Source: Octopus bimaculoides
Lineage: Eukaryota
Assembly (NCBI RefSeq): GCF_001194135.2
Contig: NC_068981.1
Location: 56,761,855 to 56,824,461 of the forward strand
Reading direction: 5' to 3'
Length of the DNA stretch: 62,607 bases
Part shown: positions 1-11,757 of the stretch, piece after piece
How positions within the stretch are numbered: position 1 is the first letter of the stretch
How the letters are laid out: each line of letters starts with the position of its first letter
Translations under genes and position numbers: made by a program
The notes under the pieces: model-generated
What the model was told of the DNA's origin: nothing
Database searches by the model: none
The model's input: the letters and a program-made list of their open reading frames with translations, nothing else

Positions 1-150
1 TCCTTGTTTTCTCCTTATTCTTTCTGTTGAAGAGCATAGCTCGAAACGTGAAAGACTTTCTCTATTCCCGAGCGTTAAACTAATACATCCTTTTGTTGTT
101 TACATTACCTGTCCTCGTCTGTTATTGTTTTTTTTCGTAAATTCTCCCAT
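1..150 (+). mobile_element. Penelope-like pseudo-LTR fragment, cut by the window edge
   Basis: Contains a minimal hammerhead-like motif at 19-55. Its downstream part (ccgagcg..aaactaatacat/acc..cctgtcctcgtc) recurs in decayed form near 20472-20530. Confidence 0.6.
19..55 (+). ncRNA. Minimal type I hammerhead-ribozyme-like motif (variant core CUGUUGA)
   Basis: tcttt CTGTTGA A gagc-ata-gctc GAAA CG T G aaaga. Stem I tcttt/aaaga, stem II gagc/gctc, palindromic ACGT stem III. Deviates from the canonical core at A6 (U) and at the cleavage base (G). Confidence 0.55.
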
Positions 151-177
151 ATATCTATATATATATATATACATGAC

Positions 178-335
178 GTGTTTCTTTCAATTTCCGTCTA
201 CCAAATCCACTCAGAAGGCTTTGGTTCACCCGAGGTTTTAGTAGAAGACACTTGCCCAATGTGCCAAACAGTGGGACTGAATGCTTCCCAACATGTAGTT
301 GGGAAACATCTTGGGAAGCAAGAATTTTAGCTGCC
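178..335 (-). mobile_element. SINE family B (tRNA-headed), left-arm fragment
   Basis: Reverse complement matches the left arm of the intact copy at 40313 (gtcccactg..ggcac.ttgggcaagtgtcttctacta..gagtggatttggtagacggaaa). Confidence 0.85.
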
Positions 336-554
336 GAAGTACGCACGCGCGCTCGTGCTATCGTACTTAAGCCAAAAATCAACACCATATATTGAAGAAG
401 TGCGCTTTGTTTTCAGCTGTCACTCATAAAAATGTTAAAGATTTCTATTGAAATTCGATCTCTTAACTGCGTTAACTTGTATGTCTCGGGAATGCATTGC
501 ACGTCTTGTGTTCAGGCCACTGATATACATGTGCACCTGTGTGCGCATGTTCAC

Positions 555-558
<4 letters not shown>

Positions 559-621
<63 letters not shown>

Positions 622-637
622 CAGACAGACAGACAGA
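559..637. repeat. (AG)n followed by (AGAC)n microsatellite
   Basis: Read directly. Confidence 0.95.
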
Positions 638-1126
638 TAGTTCAATCGTTCTCATAGCATTTCCTGCCGTTGGGGCACAGGAATTTAATCTCCATTTGTC
701 ATTTGTAGTTAATGTACGCTATAAATTTTGAAATCTAACATAATAATCACAGAATTATAAACTCAGGAATTAAATTGGAAAATATTCTTGTTTGCGTGAT
801 AAAGATGAACTGATGAAGTGAACAAAATGTGGCGTAATTGTTTTCTTCGAATTAGTTGTATTTATATTTTAGTAAATTCTTAATCTGTTTTGATTTTTGC
901 TGCATTAAATTGTATTCTCAACAATGGGAAATGATATTTATTATTGCATAAATTCAAACATATTCAAGTGCATTTATAAATAGCATGAATGTGTTCTTTA
1001 ATTCTCACGAACAAGTACACACAATATAAAAAGTGGCATCTTCCATTTACTGATGCTGTCATGTATCGCAACGCTTGTGAGGTTTGTTATCAAACAAGAA
1101 ACAAAAAATGACAAATACGTTACTTT

Positions 1127-1282
1127 TCAACTAGAATAATTTAGGGGAGTAGTACTAATGCTGATGAAGCCATTTATTTCCGACTCCACAAGAAATCTTT
1201 GAACAACCAAAGCGCTTTCTAAATATTTTTCTGTATTAGCTACTTCAACACCTCTTACAAAACCTTCTCCATTCACTTTAAC
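1127..1282 (-). CDS. Candidate terminal coding exon, unidentified gene
   Basis: ttgttag|GTT AAA GTG... 51 codons then TGA (VKVNGEGFVRGVEVANTEKYLESALVVQRFLVESEINGFISISTTPLNYSS). No family recognised. Confidence 0.3.
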   Translation of the reverse strand, partial: VKVNGEGFVRGVEVANTEKYLESALVVQRFLVESEINGFISISTTPLNYSS

Positions 1283-1496
1283 CTAACAAGTCAGTTCCCT
1301 TTCACTAACTTCTGATTATGCACTCCGGAGATATATCCTATCCAAGTTAAATATTTTCAGCTTTTTTCTTTCTTGGGGGATACATTCTAAGCAGTGGAAA
1401 CTTGCCCCAGGATCTTGGTAAGAGATTTAGTGCACGCATTTAGGATAACCAAAAGAAGTGAGAAAATAGCATAAATACACGTGCTTTCTCAAACCA

Positions 1497-1760
1497 AACG
1501 TATACAGGGACCTGGCCGACCGCTATATGTTTGTGCCGGTCGCCGTCGAGACGTCAGGTGTTCTAGAACCCAGTACAACCGATTTCCTCTGCAAAATAGG
1601 ACAACGATGGCCTGTCGGAGAAACGAGCCCCGCAGGGTAGAGTGGCTGCTGCAGCGAGTATTGTTGGTCATTCTCCGCGGCAGCGCCATTGCGGTTATTA
1701 CCATGGGGCACGTCTAAGCTCCCCAATTCTTTGGGGGAAATGTGGTCCATCGCTCCCCCT
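1497..1760 (+). mobile_element. CRE-clade non-LTR retrotransposon 3' fragment (restriction-like endonuclease C-terminus, one frameshift)
   Basis: Reads YRDLADRYMFVPVAVETSGVLEPSTTDFLCKIGQR / EPRRVEWLLQRVLLVILRGSAIAV, matching the CRE-type pattern Y.FVPVAVET.G..G....FL..LG.R....LQR.S...QRGNA. Confidence 0.75.
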
Positions 1761-2720
1761 CATTCCATCTTCCGTTGCTCTACTCCACCTATCTTTTTTG
1801 CTTTTTTCCTGTATTAGTACATATTGAAACTTTAATATAACTTGATTCGTCTCTATTAGTCGAGAGACACTTATTTTCTTGTTGTTTGTATTTGTAATTG
1901 TTTGACATTTTCTCCGTTTTCTTTGTTTTGTTCTGTTTTATTTTTCGTCTTTTTGTTTTTTGTCTTTTTTGTTGTACACATTCGCTTGCTTTCTCCCCAA
2001 ATATTTAATAGTCTTAGCTTAGATTTTGGGGGCCAACCAAATTTGAACAGTTTCAAGTGTAACTGGCCGAAACTGTAAGGATAACCTGGAAACTTGACTC
2101 AAGAGAGAAGGCCACGAATAACCAGTCCTTGTTTTTTCCTGTCCGTCTTTGTATCGTCTACTTGTCCGGATATTTTATTGTCGTCTGTTGCGTTCTTGTT
2201 CCATTTTCTAGATTTATGTACACATATAGCGGCGTACGTATACTTTTGCTCATCTTGTAAGTATGTATCTAAATTCTGTACGACTCTTTTACTCTTTCTG
2301 TTGATCTTTCTCATAATTTCTTCTTTCTTTCCTCTTTTCTTTTTCTCGCTCCCGCTCTCTCACATTTCTTGGCCTTCTCTTTCCTTAATCTACCTACTTT
2401 TCCTCGTTTATCTCTCTTGTACCTTCTCTATGTCCCTTTGATTTTCTCTCTTTCTCGTTCTCCCCCTAATTATTCAAACTCTCTGCCCCTACCTCTCTCT
2501 TTTCCTTCCTCGTGACCGGTGTTCGGCCAAGCATGATCTTTCTTTCTTGGCTCGACTACCGGCCGCGAAGCATCTCTTATATTCCTTATAACCTGCAAAG
2601 AAATTGTAGAAAAACATGTTTGTCCGTCACAACACATGTGTAGAAAGACAGAAGAAAAAGCTGTTGTTGAGAGAGAAATACAGTGAGAGAGAGGGTGAGA
2701 GAGAGAGAGAGAGAGAGAGA

Positions 2721-3193
2721 NNNNNNNNNNNNNNNNNNNNNNNNNNNNNNNNNNNNNNNNNNNNNNNNNNNNNNNNNNNNNNNNNNNNNNNNNNNNNNNN
2801 NNNNNNNNNNNNNNNNNNNNNNNNNNNNNNNNNNNNNNNNNNNNNNNNNNNNNNNNNNNNNNNNNNNNNNNNNNNNNNNNNNNNNNNNNNNNNNNNNNNN
2901 NNNNNNNNNNNNNNNNNNNNNNNNNNNNNNNNNNNNNNNNNNNNNNNNNNNNNNNNNNNNNNNNNNNNNNNNNNNNNNNNNNNNNNNNNNNNNNNNNNNN
3001 NNNNNNNNNNNNNNNNNNNNNNNNNNNNNNNNNNNNNNNNNNNNNNNNNNNNNNNNNNNNNNNNNNNNNNNNNNNNNNNNNNNNNNNNNNNNNNNNNNNN
3101 NNNNNNNNNNNNNNNNNNNNNNNNNNNNNNNNNNNNNNNNNNNNNNNNNNNNNNNNNNNNNNNNNNNNNNNNNNNNNNNNNNNNNNNNNNNNN
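2721..3193. other. Assembly gap between (GA)n and (GT)n
   Basis: N run. Other gaps: 8272-8497, 15693-16453, 18232-18486, 25162-25938, 26817-27055, 42086-42095, 46000-46869, 47304-48038, 54569-54578, 60310-60426. Confidence 0.95.
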
Positions 3194-3232
<39 letters not shown>

Positions 3233-3522
3233 CCTGTATGTCTCTCAACATATAGACAACGCAGCACAGACTTTAGAAAAAATTTCGCTTTAACGGCAGG
3301 TCGTCATCGTCGTCGTTGTCATTGTTGCTGTTGTTGCTGCTGCTGCTGCTGCTATTGTAAATGTTATTGCTCAAGAGTATTCAAACTGTTATTAATCTTC
3401 ACTGAGAAAGTCAATCTAAACATTATTTGAACAATTTATGAAGGCACGTGCATGATTAATATATACATTTACTGGTATCATAGCGACGGACCATGACCTA
3501 GTATTAATTATTATCAATTAAT

Positions 3523-3728
3523 TCTTTCTACTACAGGCACAGGACCTAAACTTTTGGGGGCAGTGCTTGTCAATTGCATCGACCTTAATGCCCAGATGGT
3601 ATTTATTTTATTGAACACAAAAGAATGGAAAACAAGAAATTCCTGCTTCGGTGGAATTTGAACTCAGAACATAAAACCGGAAAAATGCCGCTAAGTATTT
3701 TGACCGATGTGCTAACGATTCTGCCAGT
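3523..3728 (-). mobile_element. SINE family A (tRNA-headed), decayed
   Basis: Reverse complement matches the copy at 19715 (ctggcagaatcgttagc..gagttcaaattcc..gtcgat..gtgcctgtagtagaaag). Confidence 0.8.
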
Positions 3729-3779
3729 ACAAAACATAAACGTGACCGACACAGTGGAACCCTGAAATAAATATTTTAC

Positions 3780-3912
3780 ATCATTTATAAACACTTCTAC
3801 AGTAACATAGAGGAAATATTTAACGTTTTGAGTAATACTCTTCATTGGTAAGATTTTATGAATGTAGACTGCTACTCCAAAAATTAGTCTGCTGTTCATC
3901 TTCACAGTAAAC
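3780..3912 (-). CDS. Candidate internal exon, unidentified gene
   Basis: tttgtag|G TTT ACT GTG...AAT GAT|gtaaaa. Open frame, phase 2 to 0, compatible with the candidates at 4647-4763 and 1127-1282. Confidence 0.25.
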
Positions 3913-4329
3913 CTACAAACTCTAATTTTGAACTGTTTATACTCATTATTTAATGACACAAACAATCATTGTTTTTCTCAGAATCTATTGTTTGCCTTAC
4001 AGTAAGCAGTTTGTACCCTTGATCTTAAATCTTATTTAGTAACAACGTTGGCAATCATTACTCTGTGATCGATAAACAACCCCCAATTGACTTTGCTGCT
4101 TCTTCATAAACTTTTGGTATGTAGTGAAGTTCAGAAAAATATTATCAAATAATATAAGTTATTTAGTGCAGGATGTTTAATGCGTCTAATCATTTTTGAT
4201 TTGATTAATATGCGTTCAAAAAAAAAAAAAAGAAAGAAGGAAGAAAGATACGAGGAAATAAAAATAGTTCTTGGAGACTCTATCGGGATCTACGAGGGTA
4301 TATAACTTTATGAAATGACCAGTAATGAT

Positions 4330-4590
4330 TATATTTAAATGAGTGGGCATATTTTTTCTCGACATAGGAATTGATCAGCAGTTCTTTCGAATACATATAA
4401 GAAGTATGTTATTTCATATTTTAAGCCATGGTTGACTTAATATATCAGCTTTTCTGTATCTATAGTAACAGCTTAGGGGCGGAATTCATCATTCGAATGG
4501 CCTTCGATAAGATATGGCATGTAAATTCCTTTGTGAGATGCTTTCTTATGGAATCCATTCAATTGATTCTTATTAGCTGGCTGGTTTTCT
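4330..4590 (+). mobile_element. Decayed L2/CR1-type RT fragment
   Basis: IRMAFDKIWH..L.MES resembles the RT motif (LD)ISKAFDRVWH..LL.KL.SYGI. Confidence 0.5.
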
Positions 4591-4646
4591 ATCTATTTCA
4601 TTCTATTAGTTGAATTCCATCTAAAAACAAAAATGAAGGTACATAC

Positions 4647-4763
4647 AGGATTTCTGCAATTTTTATTTTTTCTAGTAATACACTTTTATCAAAATGAAGT
4701 AATCCAAATTTTAGTTGAAGTTGGGATACTACAGATATGCTATCAACAATACTGGGATAAATT
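4647..4763 (-). CDS. Candidate internal exon, unidentified gene
   Basis: ctattgtag|...|gtatgt. Only one open frame (IYPSIVDSISVVSQLQLKFGLLHFDKSVLLEKIKIAEI). A decayed hAT transposase is an alternative reading. Confidence 0.3.
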
Positions 4764-6266
4764 CTACAATAGACTGTATTTTTCCTCTTAGAAGAGTTTT
4801 CCTTGTCCTTCATATTGTGTCTACTTCCCCATACTAAGCCCTATGACTAATCTTTCTTTCTAGAGTGTCAGGTATCTGAAGTTCCTTTTTAGCCTTTTAG
4901 ACAATTCAATCTTTTCCTGCAGTTATCGGCTAACAAATCAACCTCAGAAGCTGTCTCGAATGGTTTGAGAAGGTAATTTTTTCGGGCTAAATCATTAAAA
5001 AGGAAGAAATACACTGCTACCAACTTCCTCGTGTTGAATTTAGTATTAAATGTTCATTCACTTTTAGTTCTTCCCCTAATTCTTCAAACACTTTTCAAGG
5101 TCTTGGGGACATCATAAGTAACCAATTTAAAACCACTGCCAAAATGAAGCCGTGTGGGTTCCTGTTATTTCATTTCTTTTTCGCTTATTTTATGAAACTT
5201 TTAATTATTTGCTTCTGTAGATTTTTGAATTTACTTTCTAAATTCCAGTACAGTAAATAGAGAGCCTTCGCCTCACATGATAAAGTAATGCGTGATACTA
5301 ATCAACTAACGTTCTGAATAGCATGCAAATACGTTCTTCACAGGATGAACTTTATTGCAAGACGCCCAGCAGCCAGACCTTCAAACTTAGTTGACCAATG
5401 AAAACCAAAATGTGAAAGAGCAAGAAGCTTTATAAAAATATGAACATGCAATTAGTGTGTGTACAGTCTTTTGCAAGATCGGTGACTTTGATAAACTTAT
5501 TGACAAGATATATTTACATTAATGACAATATTGACTCGATTGGTGCACGTACTCCAAGCTAAGAAATTCGTGTTACTACAAGTATTGATGACTGGTTCAG
5601 TTTACGCAATGCATTAAATTTATGAAAACTTTCTCCAATACAGGCGATAATACTTACTTTATTCTACAGAACTCATTTATCTTAATGAAGATCGAATGTT
5701 TTGTGGTGGTTCTATGTTCAGTATTTCCATCTATCTTGAGATACAAACATTGCTGCCAACTTTCCCTTAAATTAAAATCTAGCGTCTTATATAAAGGACA
5801 GTTGACAATATTTTCCTTGATATCCAAACAGAGGGAATGGTCATGGCTGGGACTCCTTTTGTCATAATTTTTCATGACCAAGATTGACTTGATATTAATC
5901 ACCAACACGTAGAAAAGGGCACTTAAATCTGAAGTTTGCTTTATTCTTCGTTAATAACAAACAACAGAATAAAAAAGTAAACCACGTTTCTTGAAAGAAT
6001 TTCTTTTCTTATTAGATGAAGAAGCAACTTCTGGGCAACAACGTGAAACCAAGGCATCCATCATGATATCTTAATATTTTGAATGTATGAATTTGTAAGT
6101 GGCATGACAGTATGCTGTATTCAGAATTGACTACTTTGGTTATTTCTCTGATCTACAAGTACAAATATACTCATTTTTCAAGCTCTTGACTCACTTGAAA
6201 TTCTTTTTGAATACCCTGAGAAAATGGAACTTAAATCCACAAATTTGGTGTTTGCTAACGAAAATA

Positions 6267-7200
6267 GGATCTTTCTGATTTGGCGGACACCATTTGTTTT
6301 CTAGCGAAACACTTTCAAACTTGGATACTAGTAGGATATGTCATATAAAACATCTTTTTCTCTTAGCCTTGTTAAGAAAAGTTTCTATATTTCAAGTTAT
6401 TTCATGTTAAAAGTTGTCGTATTTCGGTAATTTCAACCAATCACTGACGTCTATTGAGGTGAAAACAATTACTGTTGTGGTTTGTCAACAACACGTTCTA
6501 GTGATGTAATGGGATTTTTTCCCTTGAATAAAATTACTGCCGTTGTTTGTCAACAACAACTATCGGCGTTACTGTTATTTATGACATCGTTCGTGCGTTT
6601 GTACTGGTTTTAGCTTTAGGGTTTTAGCGTTAGGGTTAGAGTTTTAGGGTTAGGGATAGGGTTTTAGAGGTAGGGTTAGTGTTTTAGGGTCAGGGTTAGG
6701 GTTTAAGGGTTAGGGATAGGGTTTTAGAGTTAGGGTTAGGGTTAAGGTTTTAGATAATCTCATTTCAAACCACTCACCCAATGAGTATTTTTGCCAAATT
6801 TGGTGAAAATCTGTTCAACAATTTTTTAGTAATTTTCTATGTACTGTGTACTGAGTAGCACATTTTCTAAATGATGGTAGAGTTTGATTTGAGGAAGATT
6901 TGGTTGTTATTTCTAGGAAATGAAGCAACTGGATTACCAGGGACTTACGATATATACACCGCCACAAATTATTGTTGACAAAGAACAGCAGTAACTGCAT
7001 TTAGCTGAATAGACGTCAGTGATTGGCTGAAATTACCGAAATACGACAATTTTTAACATGAAATAACTTCGAAAATAAAAATTTTTCTCTGTTCTATAAG
7101 ACAAAAATATACAAGTATACGAAGTTTTAAAGTGTTTCGGTAGAAAACACACCAAATAAAAACTAAATAAAAAATGGTGTCCGGCAAATCAGAAGGATCC
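6267..7200. mobile_element. Non-autonomous DNA transposon with about 230-bp TIRs, 8-bp TSD and a degenerate (TTAGGG)n core
   Basis: Ends ggatctttctgatttggcggacaccattt / aaatggtgtccggcaaatcagaaggatcc. TSD cgaaaata at 6259-6266 and 7201-7208. The internal IR continues (gttatttcatgttaaaa..ccaatcactgacgtctatt versus its reverse complement). Confidence 0.9.
6606..6752 (+). repeat. Degenerate telomere-like (TTAGGG/TTTTAGGG) tract
   Basis: ttagggttagagttttagggttagggataggg... inside the element above. Confidence 0.9.
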
Positions 7201-8139
7201 CGAAAATATTTTGTCGAGTAAGTTCGAATTTAATGAACTTTAATGTTTCCAACTAAGCAATAATATCACTTTATATTAACTAAATGTTTTTTTCTTAAAA
7301 GTAAAGCTGTCAAAAATGAATGCCTGAGAGCACTTTTCATTGTCAGAGATTAATCGATCTTTCTTTAGGTATGTGAGTGATATACAAAGAGACATCGTGT
7401 TTACTAGTAACATTTCATTCCCTCTCTTCTTCTCCCTCTCCCGTCCCCCCTCTCTCTCCGACGATGATGACGACGACGACGACGACGACGAAGGGCTCTG
7501 CCCACAAACTCTTCTTCACAGCATTACATTTATTCCTCCGTTTCGATTACTTCGATTACTATTTGCTGACATTTACCATTACTAGTTTCCTATATAGTAT
7601 TCTACTATTTCATTGAGTGGTATATAGTTTTTGATTTATTCCCACTATCTCTCCTCCTGTCACCATTTTGTAAAAGCACGATGAAAGCAATGCCACGAAA
7701 ACACATTCAAAAGCTGTCTACATGCTGTGTTGTCATAGCAATTTCCATAATCTAAGTTGTCGGTCCCGTGGGTCTACAGTGAATACGGTTACGTATATTC
7801 CATGGCAAATCCCTTAAGCTAGATCACACAGCGATTCCTATTAGTCCGTTTGGTACATCTTCATCTTTTTTTTTTTTTCACTCAGAACACTTCGGAGATT
7901 AATTCACCGCGTTATGAAACCTGTCCTGACCAACAAAACACACACGTCGCTTAATATTCTTCTTCGTGGAGAGGAAAGGGTGGTCATTGTATACATCCCT
8001 ACGATGTATAAATGTCTCCAGTATACTACCATCTCAATATTGTTTACATTCGTTATTTTCAAATTCTTATCTCAAAGCAGTTCTAATAGAAATATTGGTT
8101 GGGCATTAATGTGTCTCTGTCTAGAGATGTGTTCTGCGC

Positions 8140-8497
8140 ATGCGGTGTTTAATGCTTATTTAAAGAATACAAATGCATGTGTGCATGTGTATGTGTGTAT
8201 ACATATATGTGCGGATTTTCATGTATATATACTAATCTGTCTACATATATATATATATATATATATATATANNNNNNNNNNNNNNNNNNNNNNNNNNNNN
8301 NNNNNNNNNNNNNNNNNNNNNNNNNNNNNNNNNNNNNNNNNNNNNNNNNNNNNNNNNNNNNNNNNNNNNNNNNNNNNNNNNNNNNNNNNNNNNNNNNNNN
8401 NNNNNNNNNNNNNNNNNNNNNNNNNNNNNNNNNNNNNNNNNNNNNNNNNNNNNNNNNNNNNNNNNNNNNNNNNNNNNNNNNNNNNNNNNNNNNNNNN

Positions 8498-8542
<45 letters not shown>

Positions 8543-8807
8543 GCATATACATATATACATGCATGCGTACATATATGAATGTATTTGCGTATGTGTTGTT
8601 GCCCATATGTTCGTCTATAAGAATGGGTGTATATTCACAGAATTATCGAACTTGGAAGCATGCAGGTACAAAATATTTACAAGCATGAATACTTACGAAT
8701 TTATAGCGATCAAGATTCCTATACAAGCGCTCATATAACTCATGTATGCGTACGCACCGATAAATATGTGTATGTGCAAACATCCACTCAATATATATAC
8801 ATATACA

Positions 8808-8856
<49 letters not shown>

Positions 8857-8898
8857 GTGTCTATGTATGTATATACATACATATACACACACACACAT

Positions 8899-8956
<58 letters not shown>

Positions 8957-9070
8957 GCATGCACATTCATACTTGCATACTTACATACATAGACACACAC
9001 AAACACACACACACACGCACACACACGTACACACACATACATACACACACACACACATATATATAAGCAG
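8140..9070. repeat. Compound (TA)n/(CA)n microsatellite block with gap
   Basis: Read directly. Confidence 0.9.
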
Positions 9071-9367
9071 GCATTCGCAAAGGTACGCTGCCGCACACAG
9101 TCACATAGAAACAGTGATAAACACAAATGTGTTAGCATCAAATACAAACAGACGATTCTTTTTCTATATGCTACTAATACGAGTATTGTTCCAAGGGGAT
9201 TATGTCAGATAACGTGGGATTACGTTACCTATCCATCTTAAAAGATTAAGGGGCTCTATGGATAGCTTCAATGAACGTGACAACCATTTACCTATGAGAA
9301 TCATTGGCACCGCTAGAACGGTTTCTTTTTGCTATTCTGCTTCTCCTTAAACATCTAATAGTCTAAA

Positions 9368-9735
9368 TTCTTCTTCTTCTTCTTCTTCTTCTTCTTCTTC
9401 TTCTTCTTCTTCTTCTTCTTCTTCTTCTTCTTCTTCTTCTTCTTTTTCTTCTTCTTCTTCTTCTTCTTCTGCTACTACTGCTGTTGCTGCTGCTGCTCCA
9501 GCTGCTGCCACTGTTGGTACCACTGCTGCTCTGTTGCTGATGATAATGATGATGAAGAGGAGGAGGCTGATGAAGATTATGAGGAGGAGGAGGGGAGGGG
9601 AGGTAGAGGTAGAGGAGGAGGTAGAGGAGGGGAAGAGACTAATGACAACAATTACGATGGAGGTGACGGTGATGATGGTACTGAAGATGGCGGTGGTTCT
9701 GGTAACGATGACAACAAAAGTTAATGAAGACGACT
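9368..9735. repeat. Compound trinucleotide array (TTC)n-(CTG)n-(GAT)n-(GAG)n
   Basis: Read directly. It produces the poly-E and poly-M ORFs in the track. Confidence 0.9.
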
Positions 9736-9925
9736 TGAATGTTGACGAAAACAGAGGGAACAATTTTGAACATGAATTTTGTTGAATTAGCTTTTTCACT
9801 TGATTTAAACTAAAATTGGCATGCTGATTTCAAAACTACAGATAGTTTTCTTTCGTGAAGTTTGTTTTTCTCTCTCTACTGCTTACTCTTTGAATAAGCA
9901 TAATTTTATTGTTTGTCCGGAAGTA

Positions 9926-11220
9926 TTAGATTGTTCCGAAAATAATGGCCGCTCTAAGTGTTGTGTTTTGAAACGCAATTTTATTATAGTATTTTAATTA
10001 TATTTTAGGTGAATTTCGACATACTTAATAATTGATGTATGCTTTTTAATAATTTTCTACTTATTTCAGACAGAAAACATTCTTGAAGCATAGGCGCCCT
10101 TAATTATGAACATAACAAAAAAGGACCTTCGCTTACTTTTCTTGCATGAGTTCAAGCTTGGGCACAATGCCTCCCAAACTGCTGCCAATATCAACAGACC
10201 ATGGAGAGATGGGTCCACAAGTGATCACACAGTACGAAGGTGGTTTCAGAAATTCCATAGTGTTGATTAGAGCCTTGAAGATGAAGAAGGTAGAGGACGG
10301 TCCTGCAGTCTTGACAAAGGACAACTGAAAGCAATTGTTGAACAAAACCCACGTCAAAGTGTAAGAGAAATGTCTCAGGCATTTGGTGTCGGTATTGCAA
10401 CGATCTCACGCAATCTGAAGATGATTGATAAGGTGAAAAAGCTCGATAAATGGGTACCGCATGAGCTCAAAGAAAATCAAAATGTTCGGCATTATGATGT
10501 GTGCTCGATTCTCTTTCTGCGAAACAACAATGATCCTTTTCTTGACCGAATAGTCACTTGCGACAAGAAGTGGATCCTTTATGATACTCGTAAACGATCA
10601 GGTCAATGGCTTGATCATGATGCTTCCCCAAAACATTTCCCAAAATCAAAGTTGCATCAGCAAAAGATTATGGCGATTGTCTGGTGGTCTGCAATCGATG
10701 TTGTCCACTACAGCTTTCTGGAAGCCAATCAAAACATTACAGCAGAGGTTTACTGAAATCAACTCGCTGAAATGCATGCATTCTCACTTTCAAAAAAATG
10801 AGACCTGCCTTGGTGAATCGGTGTGGCCTAATTCTGCTCCACGATAATGCAAAGCCACATGTTGCAAGAATGACACCGCAGAAACTCATGGACTTAGGAT
10901 ACGAGACTTTACCACATCCACCATATTCTTCTGATCATTCACCCATTGACTACCATTTTTTAAGCATTTAAATACGTTTTTAAGTGATAAAACTTTCAGG
11001 TCCAAACCAGAGATGGAATCAGCTTTCAAAGATTTCTTAGCATCAAAGCCAGTAAGTTTTTATCAACTAGACATAAATAATCTCATTAATCAATGGCAGA
11101 GATGCATAGATGTTTACAGCTCATACTTTGACTAATCAAAACATTTCTATTGCTAATTTTTTCAGAATAAAATTATGTTTCTGAAATTATGTTTCGGCCA
11201 TTATTTTCGGAACAACCTAA
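9926..11220 (+). mobile_element. Full-length mariner (DD34D; Hsmar1/cecropia-like), TA TSD
   Basis: 26-bp TIRs ttagattgttccgaaaataatggccg / cggccattattttcggaacaacctaa (1 mismatch), TA at 9924-9925 and 11221-11222, length 1295 bp. Confidence 0.95.
10106..11135 (+). pseudogene. Mariner transposase pseudogene
   Basis: MNITKKDLRLLFLHEFKLGHNAS..WVPHEL..RIVTCDKKW..LLHDNAKPH..PHPPYSSDHSPIDYHFF..SYFD*. Has in-frame stops (e.g. 10754-10756) and frameshifts. Confidence 0.92.
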
Positions 11221-11261
11221 TAATAAGGGTGGTTACATGATTTTTATTATTCTGTTGACAG

Positions 11262-11757
11262 CACTGAGGAACATTTTCGAAAAAAAATTAGTTGTCTTAC
11301 TTTTACCTGGTTTGATGGTGCTTGGTTCAGAAATGTCCACAGCAATTTTTCATCGCAGGTATTTTGTAAAACGGGAATTCCTATTTTACCAAAAAATGTT
11401 AATTTTGCCATTAAATGCAATACTGAAAAAAAAACAAAAAAAAAACTAACTCAAGCCAAATAGTACTTGTAATTGTTTAACAAATAAATTACACAAAATG
11501 TTTGATTACACATCTTAATATAGATATTTCTGTCAAATTGGGATTTCAGCTATTCAAGAAGTGGACTTTCTATTTGCTGCTTTGCGTGAATAACTTACAT
11601 CACGACAGTCTTTTTGCAGATCCCGGCAGTAGTCAGCCATCATGACTGTGTTTCACTTGCCTTGATTCCTAGTCTCCACAATCTCGATGTCTTGGTGGAA
11701 CCTTTCTTCTTGCACATCACTTATTGCACTATGGTTTTCAAGGAAGTATTCCAGATG
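11262..11757 (-). mobile_element. 3' end of a Chapaev3-like DNA transposon (transposase C-terminus plus terminus)
   Basis: Minus strand reads SHLEYFLENHSAISDVQEERFHQDIEIVETRNQGK*NTVMMADYCRDLQKD, matching SHLDFFPENLGAVSDE.GERFHQDI..ME.RYQGKW...MLADYCW.L.RD. Terminus begins cactg at 11262. The superfamily name is from memory. Confidence 0.65.

Noticed and set aside
2020-2085. ggcca..tggcc GAAA ctgta, a possible hammerhead
   Set aside because: There is no CUGANGA upstream and no convincing stem I.
4560-5900. Decayed hAT transposase on the minus strand (IYPSIVDSI, WSTKFE, CTNRVNIV)
   Set aside because: The motifs are short, scattered across frames and equally explained as exons or chance. Left unresolved.
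6606-6752. True telomere or chromosome-fusion scar
   Set aside because: The repeats are degenerate, single-orientation and enclosed by TIRs and an 8-bp TSD.
9347-9799. 150-aa ORF with hydrophobic stretch and poly-E
   Set aside because: It lies entirely within a compound trinucleotide array.
10370-10756. SETMAR-like domesticated gene
   Set aside because: TIRs and TSD are intact, the ORF is broken and there is no SET domain.
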